From a virus, in IMG/VR virus record IMGVR_UViG_3300046355_000213, positions 61,035 to 125,034 of that record: 64,000 nt of DNA. The stretch is one strand, 5' to 3'. The notes beneath the pieces are model-generated. The model was not told where the DNA came from and made no database searches. It was given only the letters and a program-made list of their open reading frames with translations. The translations under genes were made by a program, and so were the position numbers. Positions 31,101-39,897 of the stretch are shown here, piece after piece. Position 1 is the stretch's first letter; every line of letters begins with the position of its first letter.

Positions 31101-31987
31101 CCAGGAAAACCTGCCAGGTTTGTGTACTCCAGGATATCATCTACATAAGAGGGTAGCTGAGATGCAGGTATTTTACCACCTGAGTCCAGGGAAGCATAAC
31201 CATTATTAACGCCTTTGTTAGCTGCGTTCTCAGGCGTAAACTCAAGTGCATTAGTAACATCTGTTGATGTAAGGGAGATCGCGCCTGTACGGGTGTTAAA
31301 ACTAGTTACATCGGCAGCAATAGACCATGACCGGTCTGCTGATAAATCATAAGTTACTCCATTAATTGTGAGAGTACGAGCATTTGTAACTGGAGTATAA
31401 GTTAATGCAGTAGTAACATCTGAAGAACTCAGTGTTATAGCCCCTGTGCGGGTATTAAAAGAAGTAACACCTCCTTGATACTGGGGAATGTTTAAGACCC
31501 CTGTAGTGGAGTTATAGGTAGCTGCTCCGGATGTTCCTGTAGTAGTCAGTGAGATAGCCTCACGAGCGCGCGCGTCCGTGTAATATTTATTGATTGCACC
31601 TTCTCCAATTTGATCACTGGTTACTACAAAACCCTGGCTTAGAGAAGAATAGATAATGACATCCAGAATGTCCCCTAAAGAAGCGGCATCTGTTAGAACA
31701 ACAGTTGTGCCGTTAGAAGCAGTATAAGAATCTGAGTTGAGGTAGGATCCATTGACAAAGACATCAATTAGCCCCACACCATAACCGCCTGAGACAATAA
31801 ATGTAGTCTGTCCGGCAGTAGCAGTAAATGACTGAGATGACTTAAGACTTCCGTTAGCAGTAGCTCCAACAAATGTTCTTACCCAAGAGGTTGAAGCCAT
31901 CTTAGCTGAATTGTCAGATCCTGACTCAGTAACACCTGTAATAGAACCGGACACCAGGAGGCCGTTCTTTATCTTAAATTCATTCAT
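28151..31987 (-). CDS. Long tail fibre / branching hub with three TATAGQ domains and a glycine-rich C-terminal domain
   Basis: 1278 aa; three F/YTATAxQT...DVFVNG...TAxNGTT repeats; VGGGGGGG...GGSGIVIIRY domain. Confidence 0.8.
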   Translation of the reverse strand: MNEFKIKNGLLVSGSITGVTESGSDNSAKMASTSWVRTFVGATANGSLKSSQSFTATAGQTTFIVSGGYGVGLIDVFVNGSYLNSDSYTASNGTTVVLTDAASLGDILDVIIYSSLSQGFVVTSDQIGEGAINKYYTDARAREAISLTTTGTSGAATYNSTTGVLNIPQYQGGVTSFNTRTGAITLSSSDVTTALTYTPVTNARTLTINGVTYDLSADRSWSIAADVTSFNTRTGAISLTSTDVTNALEFTPENAANKGVNNGYASLDSGGKIPASQLPSYVDDILEYTNLAGFPGTGEAGKIYVDLTENKIYRWSGSAYIEVSPTVGGTWGAITGTLSNQTDLQTALNAKQASLSGTGFVKISGTTISYDNTAYVPYNGATSGIQLGSYGVFGGYVYLAKTGSIGGGLYFEHATSINAASAGYTSVNAYGTNGIGFFFGGFTKGIILKNNLLTTYREYSLPDASGTLALASDLSSYVPTSRTLTINGTAFDLSANRSWTIAPSSAARVEQTFTATASQTTFTITGGYVVGLVDVFVNGVKYPPSDFTATNGTTVVLGVACVAGDIVSILNYTATVAALPTSRDVLDYTATAGQTIFTVSGGYTVGLLDVFVNGAKLTSSEFTATNGTTFVLTFASAVGDQVQAIRYNASVTGVSGSGTANYVPKFTASGTVANSGLYDSGTGFYGFNTTSVNAGANGGGITINGTNNSVITLQNAGVNKMQFYHSVAYGTVLYGYENVTIGANTDLALGGYQGDGIKITSNGQILMGPGGPSFLPVDDGVTLLQLNGAIKAGAANLAGPIDYTPLTVRNLNDGNYYVGINFESGTDKATSAIRSYRTNSSVDYQTALTFWTKGTGAGPTTPTERMRIDSSGRIGIATTSPDTTLQLGRVFGFMHDINSGYIDCNRTSSGNYIVSQYAARIHLDSALGEIKFLTAVSGTAGSSASLVERFRITQSGAGVFSSSVTATSIIRTGGTSSQFLKADGSVDSTTYAPNTFYAIDMLIVGGGGGGGGAEMSNGYGGGGAGGGAGGYLAGASAVTSGSTYSVVIGAGGAGGISRLAADGGGLPGSNGAFSSAFGLVSIGGGQGQGEESNTTGASNGGSGGGKGGDSGSYPVGVATPGQGNNGGSNGSTRSGGGGGGANTTGGTAVPGSRGGLGGNGLSWFNGVVYACGGGGGGGAGVVDNAAGGNNSVNGGRGSRSTGGGGTTGEGGENATAGNPNTGTGGGAAGAGYLQGGQNGGSGIVIIRYAGAQRGTGGTVTSSGGFTYHTFTSSGTFTA

Positions 31988-32027
31988 TAGTTATCTGTTT
32001 TCACTGTCCAACAGAAAAGTTTTAATG

Positions 32028-33041
32028 TTATATAGCCCTTGTAGAGACTATGACGGTAAAGCCCGTAGAAGCTGCTACCGCATTTAAACTGATGTTACCA
32101 CTTGAAAGGGTAACGGTAAAAGTCAGGTCTGTAGTAGACCCAATATCATTAGAGAGTGTCTCGTAAGACTCTACATCTGTACCGTTTGTAATGGCTACCA
32201 CTGAGCCCACACGGACATTGGTGCCTTTTTTTACCACGTAGTCAAAGAAGACTCCTGTGTAAGTTGTAGCCGATACTGCCTTGACAGACGTTGTACCTAC
32301 AGCCAGTGAGGCCGTACTGTTCTTATCTGCATCTACAGCTCCTTGTAAAGACCCTGTAGGAATAGCCTGAACACCCAGGATACCGTTACTGTCTGCAACC
32401 ATCATTCTGGTTCCTGTACCACTAAGGTTTCCAATCTTTACCAGACCTGTAACCAGGTTCATTGCATAATGCGTAAGTCCTGTTGAAGAGGTAACTGTAG
32501 GATTATAGTAAAACCCGGTAAAAGTGGACGTACTTAATGTATAGTTTAACGTAGGCATCATGTTGATACCGTATTGATTCATACCTACTGTTGGCACCGC
32601 GTTTTGTCCAAAAGCATCAGTGGTAAATAACTTCATCAGTGACATTTCGCCACCGTAGACCGTACCATTGTTACTGTACGCACCATTAAATGCAAACACC
32701 GCTTTTATAGCAGCTGATGAGGCAAATCTTAAATCCCCAACAAAAGTAAGAGCATGTGCTCCTGCTGCATTATAGGTGTTTTGTTTGGTCCATCCGTCAG
32801 CTGTATGGGATATGTACATCTGATCACGGAAGGCATGTGCACCTGTGCGTATCTCTATACCCGAAAATATACCCTGAACACGGACAGTTCCATTAACATC
32901 CAGCTTAAACCCAAAGTCTGTAGGCTGGTTTATACCAATGTTACCATTGTTCCTTACCTCAAGTAAATTAGTCGGAGTAACAGCGTTATTCTGAACAGTT
33001 AACCCACCACGAAATAAAGCACTTGAAAGAAACTTCAACAT
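32028..33041 (-). CDS. Tail fibre connector protein
   Basis: GNIGINQP...KLDVNG repeat; C-terminal beta-sandwich-like FFDYVVK region. Confidence 0.65.
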   Translation of the reverse strand: MLKFLSSALFRGGLTVQNNAVTPTNLLEVRNNGNIGINQPTDFGFKLDVNGTVRVQGIFSGIEIRTGAHAFRDQMYISHTADGWTKQNTYNAAGAHALTFVGDLRFASSAAIKAVFAFNGAYSNNGTVYGGEMSLMKLFTTDAFGQNAVPTVGMNQYGINMMPTLNYTLSTSTFTGFYYNPTVTSSTGLTHYAMNLVTGLVKIGNLSGTGTRMMVADSNGILGVQAIPTGSLQGAVDADKNSTASLAVGTTSVKAVSATTYTGVFFDYVVKKGTNVRVGSVVAITNGTDVESYETLSNDIGSTTDLTFTVTLSSGNISLNAVAASTGFTVIVSTRAI

Positions 33042-33063
33042 TTACATACACGGACAAATGAAC

Positions 33064-34269
33064 TTATTTCTTAATTACCACGCGGTACTGGTCTGAAGTA
33101 GGAGCTACTGCAAAACCTACGGTTACAACGTTCACAGATGTTCTTACCACGTCCGTGTATACAGTTTCTCCAGTTGCATTCTCATATACCTCCACTACTA
33201 CATCTTTGGTGTTCAAATTATGAGTAATGGTATAAGAGGTAGAAGAACCTGTAAGGTCTACTGCGTATCCACCTGTACGGTTATCTAGTAATGTCTTTAA
33301 CTTAAGCGGGGTAACAATGCGCGTATCGTCAATACCGTTGTTTACCTCACCCTGGTCAGCGATCTCTGCCAGACCAACTCTTGATTCAGTAGCTGTTCTG
33401 CCTGCTAATTTAGCTGGAGTAACTGCAGCTGTATCGTTTGTACCATCATTAGTCTCTGTCTGTGTGGCAATCTCTACCAGACCAAGTACAGTTTCTGTAG
33501 CCTGAGTACGATTTACTTCTAACTGAATCCAGTCAGATGCAAGTGTTTCAGAAGCATTGTCAATCTTGGCAATGATAACATCACCTACGTTAAAGGCTAC
33601 ACCACCCGTAGTACCTGCAACCGTTACATACCAGTAATCTCCTTTCTTTGTACCAGCAACAGGATCTGTGCCTACTGGAAAGTATCCGCTTGATGCAGCC
33701 CAGGCTCCTTCAAGGTTACCAAGACCACCAATAACACTATCAACATAAGTCTTGACAGCTGAAGATGTAGCAAGCGTTGTTGATGAAGAACTTGCCAAGT
33801 CTGTAATTACAGTTACCTCAGCAACGTCAGCTGTAGATCCGGAAAGGTTACCTAGTACTTTAAGACCGGCAATCTGTTGGATCTTACCTAGTGTTACTGC
33901 ATTAGCATTGATCTTTACAGTTGTTACTGCTCCATCATTAAGCTTAGATGTAGTTACACCAAAGTCTTTAATACGGACCGCGTCCCCAAAGATCTCCAGC
34001 GTAACGTTGTCAACGTTAACATCCAAGGTGATCACGTCACCAGAGGCAGAAGTGGAAGCGATAAGGGCTGCTCCACCTATTACGTCCTGAAGATCACCAG
34101 ACATGTCTACCCAGGCACTCCCGTTGTAGAAATACATACGGGAATCTGTAGTGTCATAATACACTTGTCCTGTTACAGGAGAAGAAGGAGCCGAAGCCAA
34201 GTTCTGAATAGCTACATTGAGTATCTGATTCTTGGTGAGGTCAATACTGGTTAAAAATTTCTTTGCCAT
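33064..34269 (-). CDS. Tail fibre proximal protein
   Basis: ATETxxGLxEIA repeats, AVTTxK repeats, C-terminal ITHNL domain. Confidence 0.7.
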   Translation of the reverse strand: MAKKFLTSIDLTKNQILNVAIQNLASAPSSPVTGQVYYDTTDSRMYFYNGSAWVDMSGDLQDVIGGAALIASTSASGDVITLDVNVDNVTLEIFGDAVRIKDFGVTTSKLNDGAVTTVKINANAVTLGKIQQIAGLKVLGNLSGSTADVAEVTVITDLASSSSTTLATSSAVKTYVDSVIGGLGNLEGAWAASSGYFPVGTDPVAGTKKGDYWYVTVAGTTGGVAFNVGDVIIAKIDNASETLASDWIQLEVNRTQATETVLGLVEIATQTETNDGTNDTAAVTPAKLAGRTATESRVGLAEIADQGEVNNGIDDTRIVTPLKLKTLLDNRTGGYAVDLTGSSTSYTITHNLNTKDVVVEVYENATGETVYTDVVRTSVNVVTVGFAVAPTSDQYRVVIKK

Positions 34270-34284
34270 GTTAGGTCGAGGTTA

Positions 34285-34812
34285 CTAGTTTAAGTATGCT
34301 TTACCGCTGAAAGCACTTGAGAAAGTTACTGTCAGGGTGTTAGTGTTAGTATATTGTATATCTCCAACAACTTCTGTATTAGCAGAATCTACCACTGTCA
34401 CAGAAGGATATTTGTTAAGGCTGTGGTTAATTGTCCAAAGTGTAGCAGGAACTCCCTGGTTATAGATATAAGCATGTTCCCAAGTAGCGGAAAGTGTTGT
34501 GCCATCTTCCCTGGTAAGGGTGATTACTTTTTGAGTTTCATTAGTAGTAACTGATAAAGCTCTTATAATCTGGTTATAAGCCTCAGTCCAATCTGCATAA
34601 TCAGTGTTATTAACGCCTATAAATTTCCAGTCATTACCATCCCAGGCATAAAGGTTAGCCTCTGTTGTGTCAAAGCAAATAATACCCTTGTCATTAATGT
34701 TGTAGGAGGACACAAGTGCTACCCGCTGTGATGTCGTAAGAGGAAATATCTTAGCATCCAGCAGACTGTTTTTGACCAGGTCTACATCATGGTAATACTT
34801 AACTGATGGCAT
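34285..34812 (-). CDS. Tail fibre/hub connector protein
   Basis: C-terminal WTINHSLNKYPSV...FSSAFSGKAYL domain, shared with its neighbour. Confidence 0.6.
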   Translation of the reverse strand: MPSVKYYHDVDLVKNSLLDAKIFPLTTSQRVALVSSYNINDKGIICFDTTEANLYAWDGNDWKFIGVNNTDYADWTEAYNQIIRALSVTTNETQKVITLTREDGTTLSATWEHAYIYNQGVPATLWTINHSLNKYPSVTVVDSANTEVVGDIQYTNTNTLTVTFSSAFSGKAYLN

Positions 34813-35411
34813 TAGGATAGGTATGCTTTACCGGCAACAGCCGAGCTGAATAATATGCGCAGGTTGTTACTGTCTATAACCTCAATTACGCCACTGATAT
34901 CATTGCCAGCCGTATCTTCTGCAAATACAGCAGGTACACGGCCCATGTTGTGGTTAATAACCCACATCAGTGCCGGTGTTGGCTGGTCAAATACAAATGA
35001 ACTGTTCTGGTTAATGGTAATAGAAGGGTTCAGGTTGATCCGGGTAATAGCTCCATTGGCATTTACCTGGATAATATTCTGTTCCCCTGTTGTGTATTCA
35101 AAGGACACACCTAAGTTGTCCGGACTGTTTGGGTTACCATAAGCAAAGCCATCCCCTTTGGTCTCAAACAACAGCTCTGAATTATAAAGCTGTGTAGGAA
35201 GCCAGGTACGGTACTGCACGTTAGGATCGCTCAATGCTCCTGCATCATCTTTTGCCTGCCAGTCCACTACGCTTTTCTTCACCTGTGCCATTAAAGCATA
35301 GTCATCAGGAAACGCTTTGCCTAAGCCATATCTGGCCTGGCGAAACTTAGCAAAGATGGAAGTGGCATAGTTCTTATAGATCTCCACTTTCTTAGGCAGC
35401 AGGTTCTTCAT
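34812..35411 (-). CDS. Tail hub/connector protein
   Basis: C-terminal WVINHNMGRVP...FSSAVAGKAYL domain. Confidence 0.6.
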   Translation of the reverse strand: MKNLLPKKVEIYKNYATSIFAKFRQARYGLGKAFPDDYALMAQVKKSVVDWQAKDDAGALSDPNVQYRTWLPTQLYNSELLFETKGDGFAYGNPNSPDNLGVSFEYTTGEQNIIQVNANGAITRINLNPSITINQNSSFVFDQPTPALMWVINHNMGRVPAVFAEDTAGNDISGVIEVIDSNNLRILFSSAVAGKAYLS

Positions 35412-35590
35412 TATTGTGGATTACTGGCAGTAAGCTGTTGTAATTGTTGTTGAGCGTAAAGGTTCTGCTCATATTGACCGTGGCAGCTTGAACATACATT
35501 CACTCCGTTAGAAGCTGTTCTTTGTTGGCATCCACAGGTGATGACAGCACCGCAATTAGGGCAGGTAACAGTTGGTTGTTGATTATCCAT
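35411..35590 (-). CDS. Small Cys-rich Zn-finger-like protein (59 aa, missing from the ORF track)
   Basis: MDNQQPTVTCPNCGAVITCGCQQRTASNGVNVCSSCHGQY...; its TAA overlaps the ATG of the next gene. Confidence 0.7.
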   Translation of the reverse strand: MDNQQPTVTCPNCGAVITCGCQQRTASNGVNVCSSCHGQYEQNLYAQQQLQQLTASNPQ

Positions 35591-35616
35591 GTTGGTCTTG
35601 GATTATAGGGTTAGAC

Positions 35617-36171
35617 TTAGCAAAAATCTCCGAACTGCTCGGCGTAAGCATTGAGCTTTTTCTGAGCATATATCAACAGCTCCATACCTTCTTCAGGCTG
35701 GTGGCAGTATTCTACTTTTACTTTGGCAGCGTCAATGTAGCCTTTGATGGTGTTGAGTTCTGAGAACTTCTTTCTCACATCAGCATCCGGCTCTGCACTG
35801 TTGATCTCCAGCTTGCAGAGTTCATTGAAATATTTATTCAATGTCTGAGTTACCCGCAGGTGGTTATACTCAGATAATACCTGGGTATTAGGAGCCACTG
35901 AATACCTGATTACATAAATACCGTCAGGGATGCACATAAGGCTATCTCCACACCCGGATTTTTGTAAACCCAGGGAACAACCGTTAAGAACAATGTTGAA
36001 AAAAGGCAATACTTCTATGTTCACAGGCAGGTTAAAGCCTGGAGAAGTAATCTGCAAAGTGCCGCATTCTTTATCTAAGCCCTCAGCATAGGTGCTGGTA
36101 TCAAATATCCTGAGCACTTTACAGTTGTTGGTATCAGGAGTCTCAAGGCTTAATTGATGTTTTAAGGCCAT
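35617..36171 (-). CDS. crAss-like tail hub/structural protein
   Basis: IPDGIYVIRYSVAP motif; own promoter motif; first gene of the fibre module. Confidence 0.55.
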   Translation of the reverse strand: MALKHQLSLETPDTNNCKVLRIFDTSTYAEGLDKECGTLQITSPGFNLPVNIEVLPFFNIVLNGCSLGLQKSGCGDSLMCIPDGIYVIRYSVAPNTQVLSEYNHLRVTQTLNKYFNELCKLEINSAEPDADVRKKFSELNTIKGYIDAAKVKVEYCHQPEEGMELLIYAQKKLNAYAEQFGDFC

Positions 36172-36212
36172 TGTTTTCTATAAGGTAGGTTGGAAAATAA
36201 TCAGAGTTGTAC

Positions 36213-36227
36213 TCAATAATAATATAC
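36213..36227 (-). promoter_or_regulatory. Late promoter motif variant GTATATTATTATTGA
   Basis: Repeat copy between a terminator and the 36171 start. Confidence 0.6.
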
Positions 36228-36247
36228 CAAAAATTGAGCAGGATTCC

Positions 36248-36287
36248 AAAAGAAAAAGGGTGAAGACAATGTCCCCACCCTTTTCTC
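36248..36287 (-). terminator. Rho-independent terminator
   Basis: AAAAGGGTGGGGAC-ATT-GTCTTCACCCTTTT hairpin plus T tract. Confidence 0.75.
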
Positions 36288-36303
36288 AGAGTTTCAAGTT
36301 AGC

Positions 36304-37635
36304 CTATTGAGCAGACTCCAAAGTCACAGCACCAGCTCCTTGAGCAGCAGCAGCAGCCGCAACTAAGAAATCAGTGATAGAAGTTGTAGCTGTTCCAGCA
36401 GGCACGTTGATAGTGATCAAGTACTGATCATTGTCAAATGTGCTTGATGGGTTGTTGAAACGAGGTACATTGTGAAGTACCAATACTTGATCATAAAGAC
36501 CAGCACGGTTAACTTCTTGCCATACCGGATTAGCTTCGATCTCACGCATACGTAAGAAGTCTACGTGTCCACCATCTGGGAAAGCCTCTTGACGATACTT
36601 ACCATCCAGGATTAAATCACGCAATACTGTCTCACCTACACCAGATGCCTGGTTAGCAACCTGAGTCTCAGATACTGCAATACCATTTACAGAACAAGCT
36701 TCACCTGAATCATCTACGAAAGATGCATAGATGTAGATTGGCTCTAAATCATACTTGTCAGTCTGAGTGAAAGTAGCGTTAGAGAAAGTTGTGTCTACGT
36801 ATGCACCTACTAGGTCCATGTGTGCTTTGATACCAGAGATACCAGAAGTAGCAGCTGTGTAAGTAGCACCGTCTACCAAAGCAGAGAATGTTACCGCAGC
36901 ACCGTTAGCAATCGTAGCAGTAGCTGATAATGTTACAGAAGTTCCAGATACAGCAGCTACAGTAGTTCCTACTGCAACACCGATACCTTCTACTTTCTGT
37001 CCTACAGCGATACCTGTTCCAGCAGCAACTGTCAATGCAGTTGAGTTAGATACAGCAGCAGCAGCAGTAGTTGCAGCAGCTTGCTTGTATACTTTAGCCT
37101 GGATAAAGTCTTTCAATAATGGGTAAGTGTTTACTTGTGCAGCCCATTGGTTAAGGATAGCAACCGGATCTACCGTGTTAGTAGTACCAGCAACTGCATC
37201 ACAACCAGAAAATGCATCCAGTGTGCGGTACAATTGGTGTCCTAAGAAACGTAAAGCAGGTGAACCTTTGATGTCAAGGCGTAAGCGGTACGTGTTGTCT
37301 GAAGTGAACAATTCACCGTTAGCAGTCACCTTGATGATGTTATTCTTAGCAGCTTTAGAAGCAACTTTGATAACACGTGAGATGTACTTAGGGTTGATTG
37401 TCTTAGTCTTTACAGACTCCTTGTAACCACCGTGTACAGGGCCGATCTTGTCTTGTGCAAACCAAGATCCCTGAGCAAAAATAAATGGAGCAATGCTTCC
37501 AGTTGAAAGAGCAGCAAAGCTCTTAGAGTCAAAGAAACCTACTTGACCTGCAGTCAGATCAGCCGTGCTTCCTGAAGTTCTTAAAGTGGTAGTTTTTACC
37601 AGGTAAGACTTCTTAAATGCATTAGGAAAATACAT
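36304..37635 (-). CDS. Auxiliary capsid/decoration protein (crAss-like) with an inserted Ala/Thr-rich domain
   Basis: 443 aa; in the capsid module and followed by a strong terminator. Confidence 0.6.
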   Translation of the reverse strand: MYFPNAFKKSYLVKTTTLRTSGSTADLTAGQVGFFDSKSFAALSTGSIAPFIFAQGSWFAQDKIGPVHGGYKESVKTKTINPKYISRVIKVASKAAKNNIIKVTANGELFTSDNTYRLRLDIKGSPALRFLGHQLYRTLDAFSGCDAVAGTTNTVDPVAILNQWAAQVNTYPLLKDFIQAKVYKQAAATTAAAAVSNSTALTVAAGTGIAVGQKVEGIGVAVGTTVAAVSGTSVTLSATATIANGAAVTFSALVDGATYTAATSGISGIKAHMDLVGAYVDTTFSNATFTQTDKYDLEPIYIYASFVDDSGEACSVNGIAVSETQVANQASGVGETVLRDLILDGKYRQEAFPDGGHVDFLRMREIEANPVWQEVNRAGLYDQVLVLHNVPRFNNPSSTFDNDQYLITINVPAGTATTSITDFLVAAAAAAQGAGAVTLESAQ

Positions 37636-37673
37636 AGGGTTTAAGAATTAAGGGTTATAAATAAAAAAATAAA

Positions 37674-38081
37674 TTACTTTAGGAATAGGAGCTTGTACTT
37701 GATGCTGTTGACAGTTGATTTAACCATGTCCAGGTCATTGGCAATCTCACTATGTGGCATCATACCTTGCAGGTCTGTTACCATGTTGTTGATCTCCCGG
37801 CAGTAGGCCAGGGCATCTTGTACAGAGTTCAGCACTCTGGGTGCTTCATCTGTGTAGGTTAACAGCTTTTCAGCTGCTCCCTGGAACTGTTCTGCCAGTG
37901 TATCTGCATGCCCTGGTAGAGCATCATACAATTCATTGAGGGCAGCATGTCCGGCAAAAGAACCAATACCTGTAATCTTGAGGTGCAGTTTGTGAAAACT
38001 GGTAGCTCCGTTCATAAGCTCACTAACCAGTGACGCTGTTTTGGTTTCCAGGTTGCCTCCTGGTCTTTGTAGCTTTTGCAT
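37674..38081 (-). CDS. Ferritin/Dps-like four-helix protein (DUF5856-like)
   Basis: FHKLH...SFAGHAALNELYD...DTLAEQFQG...KYKLLFL motif. Confidence 0.7.
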   Translation of the reverse strand: MQKLQRPGGNLETKTASLVSELMNGATSFHKLHLKITGIGSFAGHAALNELYDALPGHADTLAEQFQGAAEKLLTYTDEAPRVLNSVQDALAYCREINNMVTDLQGMMPHSEIANDLDMVKSTVNSIKYKLLFLK

Positions 38082-38083
38082 GT

Positions 38084-38785
38084 TTAACTATTTCGGGTGC
38101 CTGCTTGTACTTCTCTTTGGTACTGTGTAATACTCTCTATGTCTCCGGCTAAAATGGCAGCTGCTTCATCACAGATAATCTCACCAATTTCATCTTTGAG
38201 TTCACAGATCTGATTGTACTTGTAGGTTTTTCCAGTCTCAATGTCCATACACCCGGCAAACTGCACGGGGCGTGGCTTTCTGTAGTAGACAAGTTTTGGT
38301 TTAATGATGTTAAACTTACCTCCTGTGTAGATCCGGATCTTGTTCTCAGCAATGGTGGCAAAGGTTTCTCCCCACTCAAAGGAAGGACCCTTAAAATTAT
38401 CCTGCAGTAACTCATCTGCGTTGCCTTCTTCTGCCAGGTAAACACTCATGATACGCTCAGGGCAGCAGTCTGTTAAAGCTCTGGAGCTGACCAGGACAAA
38501 CTTCATATAGTCATCCGGCACCTCTGTGCTTTCAAAATAAAGTTCTCTGTCTCTGCCGCCAATGAACCGCTCTTCCATGAGCATCTGCAAGTCAGAGATG
38601 GTAGCCGTTGTCTGCTCAGGTTGTGCCTGGCGGGAGTTAAGTCCCAGCAACTGGCGTCTTACCCACTCTAACTGAGCCTTGTTAAACGCTTCCGCAATTA
38701 CCCAGCACTCCAGATTATCATAGTCAAAGGAGGCTAGTTTGTTTAATCTCTGCTTTATCTTGATCTGTAGAAGGGTGTTGTTCAT
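38084..38785 (-). CDS. Head-tail ring/structural protein (crAss capsid module)
   Basis: AFNKAQLEW, LVYYRKP motifs; synteny after the capsid gene. Confidence 0.6.
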   Translation of the reverse strand: MNNTLLQIKIKQRLNKLASFDYDNLECWVIAEAFNKAQLEWVRRQLLGLNSRQAQPEQTTATISDLQMLMEERFIGGRDRELYFESTEVPDDYMKFVLVSSRALTDCCPERIMSVYLAEEGNADELLQDNFKGPSFEWGETFATIAENKIRIYTGGKFNIIKPKLVYYRKPRPVQFAGCMDIETGKTYKYNQICELKDEIGEIICDEAAAILAGDIESITQYQREVQAGTRNS

Positions 38786-38792
38786 TGCTTGT

Positions 38793-38835
38793 AAAAAATG
38801 ACCTGGGTGCTGTTCTTACGGGAAGCAACCCAGGT
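38793..38835 (-). terminator. Rho-independent terminator
   Basis: ACCTGGGT...ACCCAGGT stem followed by CATTTTTT. Confidence 0.65.
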
Positions 38836-38847
38836 ACTGTTATATGC

Positions 38848-39864
38848 TTACTGTTGCCAGTATTGTTCTACTCTTCTTGTCAGTGAAATCAATACAGACT
38901 CATTCAAAGGGTTCTTCAGGAACTCTACTACATCAGAGACATTTCTACCCATCATGGTAGAGCTCTCCAGGTCATAGATAAATCCGTCAGACTTGTTTGC
39001 AATGAACTTGTAATAGGTAGAGTCCTTTACAATAGCACGGATCTTTAAGCTCTCCATGTCAGCATTAGCTGCCTCCAGGAATTTCTCAGCGGTTCTGCGC
39101 TTGTCCTTGTCTACGGATTCACCGTTGATGAACTTATCCATGTTGTCATAGGTCAGGTCATTTGGTGTACTCTTTCTATACTGGGCACTGTTTACGTCAA
39201 GCACTTTTGCTACGTAGAACAGTTTGTTCTGATTTTTGTCAAATAACTTCTGAAGTTCTGCCAGCGCTTTGTTACGTAGCTTCTTAACTTCTGTCTTAGT
39301 GGATGCTGTCTCCTCTAAACGGTCTAAGTAAAACTTAGGTGGCACTGCGCGGCTTCTGGCATCATCTAATGACTTTGCCACAATAGAAAACCCTCCGTTC
39401 TCAATGGCGTATAACCTGATAAGGTCATAAGGGTCTTTGTCTGGTTCTAAGAACACCGGCTCATTACCACAACGTATCTTCACCTTGTCCCAGAAATCTG
39501 AGTTGTTAGGTTTTAGCAGTTGTAACTTATTCCAGAAGTCTGCATCTGCAGGATCAACTGTGTTAGCCGCCAGTTCTTTTTCCAGCTGAGCTACAACAGC
39601 TCTGATTTGTTTAACCTTAGCTACCTGCTCTTCTCCATTTAGATCTTTAATCTCCGGAGCATATTCATTAAGACCTGTGAGGTATCTCTTGATACCGTTG
39701 ATCTCCAGACAAGCCAGTTGCTCTTCGTGAAAAGCTCCTTCAAACAGGGATAACCCGTATTTCTGAAGACCCATGTTATCTACATTGGGATCAAAGTATG
39801 GTCTGATAGAAATAGAAGACCGCTTGTTTTGTGGGTATTTCTCCACAATAGTTACTGAACTCAT
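38848..39864 (-). CDS. Conserved crAss-like capsid-module protein
   Basis: 338 aa; YLTGL motif; position downstream of the major capsid gene. Confidence 0.6.
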   Translation of the reverse strand: MSSVTIVEKYPQNKRSSISIRPYFDPNVDNMGLQKYGLSLFEGAFHEEQLACLEINGIKRYLTGLNEYAPEIKDLNGEEQVAKVKQIRAVVAQLEKELAANTVDPADADFWNKLQLLKPNNSDFWDKVKIRCGNEPVFLEPDKDPYDLIRLYAIENGGFSIVAKSLDDARSRAVPPKFYLDRLEETASTKTEVKKLRNKALAELQKLFDKNQNKLFYVAKVLDVNSAQYRKSTPNDLTYDNMDKFINGESVDKDKRRTAEKFLEAANADMESLKIRAIVKDSTYYKFIANKSDGFIYDLESSTMMGRNVSDVVEFLKNPLNESVLISLTRRVEQYWQQ

Positions 39865-39897
39865 GCTGTTGGTTGGTTTTGGTTTATATACAAGACA

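Noticed and set aside
21013-33041. Diversity-generating retroelement or invertible fibre cassette
   Set aside because: No reverse transcriptase or recombinase in the window, and no near-identical TR/VR pair with A-specific mismatches was noticed
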